Source: Candidatus Auribacterota bacterium (GTDB lineage Bacteria; Auribacterota; UBA6266). Taken from it: DNA of 6,698 bases. The DNA lies in contig JAGLRQ010000127.1 in assembly GCA_023136205.1 (NCBI GenBank), positions 1 through 6,698 of the forward strand. The letters are read 5' to 3'. The translations under genes and the position numbers were made by a program. The notes below the pieces were generated by a model. It had not been told where the DNA came from and searched no databases. It saw nothing but the letters and a program-made list of their open reading frames with translations. Shown one piece after another: positions 1 through 5,427 of the stretch (position 1 is its first letter; each line of letters starts with the position of its first letter).

Positions 1-91
1 TGCAGTGCGGAACGGTATTTTCTTCAAGAACCAGGGGGCATGTTAGATGCCCCTCCTGCGAAGCGGACACCGTAGACAGATACTATAGATA
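1..91 (+). CDS. 3' end of a zinc-ribbon protein; 5' end lies outside the window
   Basis: The frame starting at nt 2 reads QCGTVFSSRTRGHVRCPSCEADTVDRYYR, with stop TAG at 89-91. It shows a ..C-G-x-x-F knuckle followed by C-P-S-C, as in small FmdB-like zinc ribbons. Frame 1 is also open to nt 75 but has no recognisable motif. The gene converges on the 100..693 gene with an 8-nt gap. Confidence 0.4.
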
Positions 92-99
92 GTTCCATA

Positions 100-693
100 T
101 CAGGAAGTGACTTTATAAATCAAATCCAGAATTGTCCTAACAAAACGAGGAGCCTCCATTCCAAAGTATTGAATTGCTATCAGGTATGAACAAAAAGCCA
201 TTGCAGTAAGAGATATTGCTGTCATTATACCATACAAAGAACCGGGTTTTTCTTCTTCCTGCTCCTGCGTTTTTGTGAGTATTTCTTGCTGAGACTTTGC
301 CAGTTTTAAGGGTGCAGATGGTTCTTTAAATTTAAAATTTTGTCTCCCGGGTGTTTCTTTCTCCGGGCTTTCTACCGGTGCTGGCTCCTTTTCAGGAATT
401 GGCTGCACGGGTGTTTGTTCAGGTTTTTTGTCTACCTTTGACTCTTTCACCGCCTCAGCTATTTCAGGAGGTTTAGTATAACTGCCGGGAATTTTAGATA
501 ATCTGGGGATTTCTTTATCTTTTTCCTCCGACTTTTTATTGTTGACATTTAGTCTCGGAACACCCTGGATATTTGGTTTCTCAGACGGTTTTTCTTTTTG
601 CTTGTTTTTACCTGCCCCGATTATCTGTTCAACATCGGGCAGTTCTATAGCTGGTTCCTTTTTGACTTCTTTTTCTTCTTTAGGTTTGTCCAT
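100..693 (-). CDS. Low-complexity Lys/Glu/Pro-rich protein with one C-terminal transmembrane helix; function unknown
   Basis: ATG at 693-691 follows a strong Shine-Dalgarno GGGGAGGG (complement of 703-710). About 150 aa are K/E/P-rich with recurring KEP(A/S) and (I/V)PRL motifs. A hydrophobic segment LYGIMTAISLTAMAFCSYLIAIQYFG follows, then a roughly 20-aa tail. There is no N-terminal signal peptide. Confidence 0.6.
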   Translation of the reverse strand: MDKPKEEKEVKKEPAIELPDVEQIIGAGKNKQKEKPSEKPNIQGVPRLNVNNKKSEEKDKEIPRLSKIPGSYTKPPEIAEAVKESKVDKKPEQTPVQPIPEKEPAPVESPEKETPGRQNFKFKEPSAPLKLAKSQQEILTKTQEQEEEKPGSLYGIMTAISLTAMAFCSYLIAIQYFGMEAPRFVRTILDLIYKVTS

Positions 694-712
694 TATATAT
701 AACCCTCCCCAA

Positions 713-727
713 GATAGATTTTCTATC
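713..727. promoter_or_regulatory. Perfect 6-3-6 palindrome GATAGA-TTT-TCTATC just upstream of the SD of the 100..693 gene
   Basis: Read directly: 713-718 gataga, 719-721 ttt, 722-727 tctatc. It ends 2 nt from the SD complement at 703-710. It could be a dimeric regulator operator or a 5'-UTR stem-loop. Confidence 0.25.
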
Positions 728-776
728 AGGGTAACACAGTGTGAATAAATTTCAAAGCTAAATTAGAGGCAGCGGA

Positions 777-1301
777 TTATTTGTTACCTTCCAGTTGCCC
801 TAAAGGTTTAGTTTGTTTTTCAAAAAGCGGTTTTAAGGTGTTATAGGTATCTTCCAGAGACTGAACAATAACCTTTGTATTGTCTAAAACCGGCATGAAA
901 TTTGTATCGCCGTTCCAGCGGGGCACTACATGAAAATGAATATGCTGGTCTATCCCCGCTCCCGCCGCTCTTCCGATATTTACACCTACATTAAAGCCGT
1001 CCGGGTGAAAGGAGCTTCCAAGGACCTGTTCACACTTCTGAAGCATTTTTAATATTTCAAGAATTGTTTCATTATCAAGGCTGGTTAAATTCGGAACATG
1101 AGCGTAAGGGGCAATCATCAGATGGCCATTGTTATACGGATATAAATTCATGATTACAAAACATTTTTCCCCCCTCTTTATAATCATGTTTGCTTTATCA
1201 TTGTTTTCTTCCGGCTTTGCGCAAAATATACATTTGCCTTTCCTGTCTGTTAGTATGTTTTCTATGTATTTCATTCTCCATGGAGCCCATAAATTGTCCA
1301 T
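777..1301 (-). CDS. HIT-family protein (histidine triad nucleotide hydrolase/phosphorylase, Ap4A-phosphorylase-like subgroup)
   Basis: Histidine triad HIHFHVVPRW. N-terminal LWAPWRMKYI and CIFC motifs, NLYPYNNGHLMIAP, and GDTNFMPV after the triad. Together these are typical of the WAPWR-type HIT proteins. ATG at 1301-1299. Confidence 0.88.
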   Translation of the reverse strand: MDNLWAPWRMKYIENILTDRKGKCIFCAKPEENNDKANMIIKRGEKCFVIMNLYPYNNGHLMIAPYAHVPNLTSLDNETILEILKMLQKCEQVLGSSFHPDGFNVGVNIGRAAGAGIDQHIHFHVVPRWNGDTNFMPVLDNTKVIVQSLEDTYNTLKPLFEKQTKPLGQLEGNK

Positions 1302-1327
1302 AATCTTGCGGCCTTTCGTTAATTTAT

Positions 1328-1357
1328 ATTATACGGAAATACAGGTATCGGAGACAA
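1328..1357 (-). promoter_or_regulatory. Putative sigma70-type promoter for the HIT gene
   Basis: On the minus strand: TTGTCT (1357-1352), 18-nt spacer, perfect TATAAT (1333-1328), about 26 nt upstream of the ATG at 1301. TATAAT can arise by chance in AT-rich DNA. Confidence 0.3.
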
Positions 1358-1365
1358 TTTTGGTT

Positions 1366-1665
1366 TCAATCATCTTTATCTACAAATTTTCCCGAGCTGA
1401 TTTCCCGGGAAATTTCACCATAAGACAAATCATAATAGCAGGTAATATTCATAATGTTCTGGCAATTGTTACCGAGTGCTTCTTTTTTCAATACATATGA
1501 AGCGCTTTCAGGCGCCGATTCTTCAAAAACACGGGATAAATCGGTTTTCGGGTTTATCCTGATTTTTATTTTCTCTCCGCACTTCGCGCACTTAATCTCA
1601 TAAGACAGAATATCTGAATCACGGGAGTTTTTGAATAAATTAGAAATAGTTTTGAATGGTTTCAT
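1366..1665 (-). CDS. Small (99 aa) Cys-containing protein, possible zinc-binding; function unknown
   Basis: The ORF is open for 140 codons. The start at internal ATG 1665-1663 (MKPFKTISNLF...) avoids overlap with the upstream gene and lies 7 nt after a perfect -10 box. It contains C-A-K-C followed by C-x7-C (CQNIMNITC) and ends in an acidic tail, VDKDD. Confidence 0.5.
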   Translation of the reverse strand: MKPFKTISNLFKNSRDSDILSYEIKCAKCGEKIKIRINPKTDLSRVFEESAPESASYVLKKEALGNNCQNIMNITCYYDLSYGEISREISSGKFVDKDD

Positions 1666-1672
1666 GATATTG

Positions 1673-1701
1673 ATTATATTGAAGTTGAACTTACTTTGCA
1701 A
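1673..1701 (-). promoter_or_regulatory. Putative sigma70 promoter placing the transcription start at or next to the ATG of the 99-aa ORF (leaderless mRNA)
   Basis: On the minus strand: TTGCAA (1701-1696), 17-nt spacer, perfect TATAAT (1678-1673), CAATATC (7 nt), then ATG (1665). No Shine-Dalgarno sequence is present upstream of this ATG. Confidence 0.4.
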
Positions 1702-1744
1702 ATAAAATTCGCACTGTGAGGTACGAACGGGCACGGGTTTAAAT

Positions 1745-2614
1745 TTAGGATAACCATGCGGACAGCAACAGGTTAAGCGCGGCACCAATAATAAAATATA
1801 TAACCAGGTATATTATTACCATAAGCAATGTCTTCAGAAATGTTAATCCAAGTTCAGCATATGCCAGGCGGAAAAAATACCAGATAAAAGAGATTATAAG
1901 GGCAGAACAGAGAAAAATTATCCCCCAAAAGTCAGTTCCCATAATAGTGGCAAAAGACATTAGAACTGTAAAAATTACTGCGGCAAATATCTGGAATAAA
2001 ATAAATTTTATTTGAAAAACACAGGCGGTTGAAAAAGAAACCCTCTGTTGTATAGATATCTTAACGAAAAGTTTGATATATAAAGCGTTTATTAACAACT
2101 GAATTATTATTACCGTTAAAAAAATAGCAATAAAAACGCCTGTTATTTTTGGAAAATTTTCTTTAATGAGTAACTGAAGCTCTTCAAATTCTTTGGCATC
2201 GGCAGTAAGCCCTTTTTTCTGTATTTCCCTGAGGCAGGTATAAACATCTGTATCTTTTTTATTACTTGGATCGGATAAAAGATTTTTTACTTCCTGATAG
2301 CTGATAAAATTATCTTCAACCTCTTCTTTTTTATCCCTGGAAGCCTCTAGTATTTTTTTACTTAGTTCTGTATCTTTGCGAAATGTATCCTCAAGCTGGT
2401 CTTCTGTTTCTTTAGTTAAGTTTGTACGGGGAACCCTTACCTGCCCGCCGCTCACTTTAACAGTTATATAACTGTCGTTTACTTCCTGAATAATGCCCTG
2501 AATATTACCTCCATTTTTCAGGTGGAGTGTTCCTCCATGGCAGGGGCTGCCGGAAAGAATATTTAAAAATAGAACGCCTGAAAGAAATACTATCAGTTTT
2601 TTTGCCTTACCCAT
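1745..2614 (-). CDS. Membrane protein with N-terminal signal peptide, small beta-rich extracytoplasmic domain, helical linker and about 4 C-terminal TM helices; function unknown
   Basis: I prefer the start at ATG 2614-2612, giving MGKAKKLIVFLSGVLFLNILSGSPCHG, a classic signal-peptide n- and h-region. The track start at 2653 is a TTG. LHLKNGGNIQGIIQEVNDSYITVKVSGGQVRVPRTNL resembles small SH3-like beta domains. The C-terminal 130 aa contain four long hydrophobic segments. Confidence 0.6.
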   Translation of the reverse strand: MGKAKKLIVFLSGVLFLNILSGSPCHGGTLHLKNGGNIQGIIQEVNDSYITVKVSGGQVRVPRTNLTKETEDQLEDTFRKDTELSKKILEASRDKKEEVEDNFISYQEVKNLLSDPSNKKDTDVYTCLREIQKKGLTADAKEFEELQLLIKENFPKITGVFIAIFLTVIIIQLLINALYIKLFVKISIQQRVSFSTACVFQIKFILFQIFAAVIFTVLMSFATIMGTDFWGIIFLCSALIISFIWYFFRLAYAELGLTFLKTLLMVIIYLVIYFIIGAALNLLLSAWLS

Positions 2615-2657
2615 TTCTAAATTGTCCAGAAAAACTGTTGTTGAAAATGGCAAAGGC

Positions 2658-2975
2658 TTACTCGCTTATGCTTAACGGTTGGACGCCTTTTATGTGCACC
2701 AACATCCTGGTATCTTCAATGGAATATTCTAAATTGTCCAGATCAAGGGTGTCAGGAAGAATTCTAACCAGGCTTATGCTTTCGCGCGGAATACACAATG
2801 TTCTTCTCTGCTTATCGATTCTTGGTTTTTGTTCTCCCTTGGCTAATGTGAAAAATTTCCCTTCAACTTTTACCCAGTCATTGTTCATATCAAAAACTCT
2901 ACCAACAAATATCCTGGTCTTCTGATCCTGGGCAAACCTTTTTAATCTTATTTTTACTTTTTTGCCTTTAAACAT
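2658..2975 (-). CDS. Hypothetical 105-aa soluble protein
   Basis: ATG at 2975-2973 has a strong SD, AAGGGGGT, 7 nt upstream. No family motif is recognisable by eye. The alternating basic/hydrophobic beta-strand-like N-terminal half (KVKIRLKRF...IFVGRVFDMNNDWVKVEGKFF) suggests a small beta-barrel fold. Confidence 0.55.
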   Translation of the reverse strand: MFKGKKVKIRLKRFAQDQKTRIFVGRVFDMNNDWVKVEGKFFTLAKGEQKPRIDKQRRTLCIPRESISLVRILPDTLDLDNLEYSIEDTRMLVHIKGVQPLSISE

Positions 2976-3024
2976 ATTTAATACCCCCTTGAATTTTAAT
3001 TTTGAGCAACATTACTGAAACTTC

Positions 3025-3052
3025 ATTTTATCACAGATTTTTACCAAAGCAA
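3025..3052 (-). promoter_or_regulatory. Putative extended -10 sigma70 promoter for the 105-aa gene and the downstream membrane-protein gene
   Basis: On the minus strand: TTGCTT (3052-3047), 16-nt spacer ending in TGA, then TAAAAT (3030-3025). This gives a TGnTAAAAT extended -10 about 49 nt upstream of the ATG at 2975. Confidence 0.4.
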
Positions 3053-3070
3053 AAACTATTCAACTCAAAG

Positions 3071-4321
3071 CTATTGTGAATTTCCGGCTTCTTTTGGAAT
3101 ACGCAAAAGAAAAAAGATACCAGTGGCAACAAACAGAATTAGACTGAGACAAGCCAGGCGGTATCCCCATTGCCCAAATTTGGAAAGATACAGCAGAATT
3201 AATCCCCAGTAAAGGGGCCCTATTATAGCGGAAAGGTAGCTTACAAGATTTACCAAACCGAAAATTTCACCAATTTGCTCCTTAGGAAAAAGGTTTACGA
3301 CTAACGCACGAGAAACTACCCAAATCGAGCCTAGACTTACTCCCCCCAACGCTCCGATAACCAGATAAAAGGCAGGGGGTAGAATTCCTCCCGCCAAAAG
3401 AGTTATTCCCCAGAGAAAAAATATTCCTATCAGAGACCGCCTGTATCCTATATAATCGCTTATGAAGCCGGAAATAATACTGCCCATGATGGCAAAGATA
3501 GCTGAAAAAGCAATCAGGTTGATTATTTGGCTTTCTGTTACTCCAAAGGCCCGTCCAGCATAGACAGACATAAAAAGAATCATTACATTCACCGCACATA
3601 ACCCAAAAAAGATAGCTATTAAAAAATTAAAAAGACTTTTTGCCCTATAACCGGTAGTAATAGTCGCTCTTAATTTCTTAAAAACTCCCAACAGCACCTT
3701 TTTTTTAAAAAAAGAAATCAGGGGTGTTTTTTCTTTAAGAGACTTCTCTTTTATAAAAATCATGCAGGGCAAAGAGAAAATCAAAAACAGAATACCTGTA
3801 GGAAGAAAAACTGCCTGGTAACCCTTTTCTAATATTATAGGTTTAGCAAGGTACAAAGCTAAAATGGCTCCTGTGTATCCAAACATCCTTCCTAACCCTG
3901 ATACCATGCCAATTTTATTTTTAGGGCTGACCTGTATTATCAGGGAATTGTAAAAAACTATTGCTGTCTGACAGCCAAAATTTGCTATAGCAAAGAGGAA
4001 CAACCCTAAGAAAACATTTTGAGATACCCCTAAAAGCATAGTGAATATAACAGCGAGAACCGTAAAATATATCAAAAAGGGTTTGTATCGTTTTCGTCTA
4101 TCTGAGATTGTTCCCAGAATAGGTGCTAAAAGCGCTACAAAAAACATGGAGAGACCAAATGTCAGGCTGTAAAATATTTCCGGGCAGTTTTTCTCTATGG
4201 TTATCCAGCGCACAAAATACAGGGAGACTACATTCAGGGCGAAAAACTGGTTTGCTAAGTCATATAGCGCCCAGGATAAAATTACAGAAATGTTTTTTTT
4301 ATCTTCTCCGCTGTGTTTCAT
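3071..4321 (-). CDS. MFS transporter, UMF1/Atg22-like family
   Basis: 416 aa with about 12 hydrophobic helices. The N-terminal LSWALYDLANQFF matches the W-x-x-YD-x-AN signature of the Atg22-like/UMF1 MFS group. MFS motif A-like GTISDRRKRYK lies after TM2. ATG at 4321-4319. Confidence 0.85.
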   Translation of the reverse strand: MKHSGEDKKNISVILSWALYDLANQFFALNVVSLYFVRWITIEKNCPEIFYSLTFGLSMFFVALLAPILGTISDRRKRYKPFLIYFTVLAVIFTMLLGVSQNVFLGLFLFAIANFGCQTAIVFYNSLIIQVSPKNKIGMVSGLGRMFGYTGAILALYLAKPIILEKGYQAVFLPTGILFLIFSLPCMIFIKEKSLKEKTPLISFFKKKVLLGVFKKLRATITTGYRAKSLFNFLIAIFFGLCAVNVMILFMSVYAGRAFGVTESQIINLIAFSAIFAIMGSIISGFISDYIGYRRSLIGIFFLWGITLLAGGILPPAFYLVIGALGGVSLGSIWVVSRALVVNLFPKEQIGEIFGLVNLVSYLSAIIGPLYWGLILLYLSKFGQWGYRLACLSLILFVATGIFFLLRIPKEAGNSQ

Positions 4322-4363
4322 TATAGCCCTAGATAGTTTTTTCCTTTATAAACTATATACTTT

Positions 4364-5425
4364 TTATCTTTCTAATACTTTTTTTGCCAGATAACCCATT
4401 AAATCAAATCTTTTTTCGAAACCGGGAAATGAATGAACTTCCAGAACATACGGTTTTTTAAACCTCTTTGAAAAAATGATATCTACACCAACGTAATTCA
4501 GATTAAAGGTGCGAGTAACCTTTCTCGCCAGAAACCTGGCTTTTTTTATCTCAGATTCAGAAACATACGTTGAAAAATACGCTTTTTTTTCAATCCTTCC
4601 TCCCTGTGCCCAATTAGTAACAGGGGAAAAAGCCGGCATTGACTTTGCATAATAGTAAGGAACTCCCCCATAAACACAATAAACCCTAAAATCAAATCTT
4701 CTTCCTTTGTATACCGGTGGCTCTATTGCCTCTTCAAAAATAAAATCCTTGGAAATAAGAATTTTTAAAAACCTATTTCTGGACTTCTCACTAATTTTTG
4801 TGAACGGCCAGTTACAATCGTATTTCCGGCTTACGATCTTACCCTTTCTGAATAGAAAATTTGTGCTTATCAAATTTTCATTAACGTATGTAATTCCTTT
4901 TCCCATAGACCCAAATCTTGGCTTTATATATAGGGATAAACCTTTTTTAACAAGCTGCTTAATGTTATCGGGTGTTTTTATGTGGAAACTCCTTGCCGTG
5001 GGGATATTGTTTTTTTTAAATAAAATTTTTGCTTCTTTCTTGTCCCTTTCCAGAAGAGAACTTTTAAGAGGATTAACATATTTAATTTTTTTATCGTGGT
5101 ATTTTTTCTCTATTAACCTCTCTGCTCTTTTAAAGAATTTTTTATATTCCTCTCCGAATTTCCGGTCCCCGTAAATCCTTGAATCCCTGTTATATACTTC
5201 GATATTTTTATTCCAGTATTCGAAAGGAAAAAAGAGAATGACACTTAAAATACGGCTGGAAAACGCGGGAAGCTTTTTTGCCAGGACATCATTGTAGCTG
5301 ATTATTTGAAATTCAAGATTGCTACTTTTTGATTTACGGATATGTTCAACAAATGCGTTAAAAGAGGGGGCAAGTTTGCGGCCATTGATTTTTCTGTCGC
5401 CTATAACTAAAAGCCCTTTTTTCAT
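4364..5425 (-). CDS. RimK-like ATP-grasp ligase (carboxylate-amine ligase); substrate unknown
   Basis: ERDKKEAKILFKKNNIPTARSF marks the start of the ATP-grasp domain. Other motifs are the glycine-rich loop YIKPRFGSMGKGITYV, FDFRVYCVYGG, NWAQGGRIE, and the C-terminal metal-binding region GVDIIF...YVLEVHSFPGFE (E. coli RimK has GVD...EVNASPGLE). The ATG at 5425-5423 lies 2 nt after the upstream stop, suggesting translational coupling. Confidence 0.85.
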   Translation of the reverse strand: MKKGLLVIGDRKINGRKLAPSFNAFVEHIRKSKSSNLEFQIISYNDVLAKKLPAFSSRILSVILFFPFEYWNKNIEVYNRDSRIYGDRKFGEEYKKFFKRAERLIEKKYHDKKIKYVNPLKSSLLERDKKEAKILFKKNNIPTARSFHIKTPDNIKQLVKKGLSLYIKPRFGSMGKGITYVNENLISTNFLFRKGKIVSRKYDCNWPFTKISEKSRNRFLKILISKDFIFEEAIEPPVYKGRRFDFRVYCVYGGVPYYYAKSMPAFSPVTNWAQGGRIEKKAYFSTYVSESEIKKARFLARKVTRTFNLNYVGVDIIFSKRFKKPYVLEVHSFPGFEKRFDLMGYLAKKVLER

Positions 5426-5427
5426 AG

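Noticed and set aside
35-53. GC-rich hairpin GGGGCAT-GTTAG-ATGCCCC as an intrinsic terminator
   Set aside because: No T/U tract follows it on either strand, and it lies inside the likely zinc-ribbon coding frame (..RGHVRCP..). I do not call it a terminator.
1366-1665. Small Cys protein as a LysW-like amino-group carrier for the RimK-like ligase (LysX/ArgX-type system)
   Set aside because: It is tempting, because LysW is a small zinc-ribbon protein with an acidic C-terminus. However, this ORF ends in ..DKDD rather than a C-terminal Glu. It is separated from the ligase by three genes and has its own promoter. No LysZ/Y/J/K-like genes are present. The link is too speculative to report as a finding.
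1666-1788. N-terminal extension of the small Cys protein to the track start at 1788 (140 aa)
   Set aside because: The extension would overlap the 3' end of the upstream membrane-protein gene by 44 nt. It encodes an implausible CCCPHGYP... segment. The internal ATG at 1665 is positioned just after a perfect -10 box.
2615-2653. TTG start at 2653 for the membrane protein
   Set aside because: The codon is TTG, not ATG. The 13 extra residues (MPFSTTVFLDNLE) would precede an otherwise canonical signal-peptide N-terminus, MGKAKK.... Neither start has a strong SD, so the question stays open, but I prefer the ATG at 2614.
3282-3599. Minus-strand 105-aa ORF in an alternative frame inside the MFS gene
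   Set aside because: It lies entirely within the 416-aa MFS transporter ORF, whose frame has coherent TM helices and family motifs. The alternative product is Cys/Arg/Ser-rich with no features.
3699-3713. T8A7 homopolymer pair inside the MFS gene, and similar T7-T8 runs in the ATP-grasp gene, as phase-variation slippage tracts
   Set aside because: They encode Phe-Phe-Lys-Lys-Lys in a loop region of an intact frame. Such runs are expected from Lys/Phe codon usage in AT-rich genomes. There is no sign of a frameshift.
4333-4356. Inverted repeat ATAGTTT...AAACTAT between the ATP-grasp stop and the MFS start
   Set aside because: The stem is 7 bp with only one G:C pair and a 10-nt loop, so it is thermodynamically weak. 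No U-tract follows. It is likely incidental in AT-rich spacer DNA.
4364-5425. ATP-grasp as a graspetide (microviridin-type RiPP) macrocyclase
   Set aside because: The enzyme keeps the RimK/GshB-type NWAQGG motif rather than the pattern I recall for MdnB/C-like cyclases. No small co-directional precursor ORF rich in Thr/Ser and Asp/Glu is visible next to it. The upstream partner is a dehydrogenase instead.
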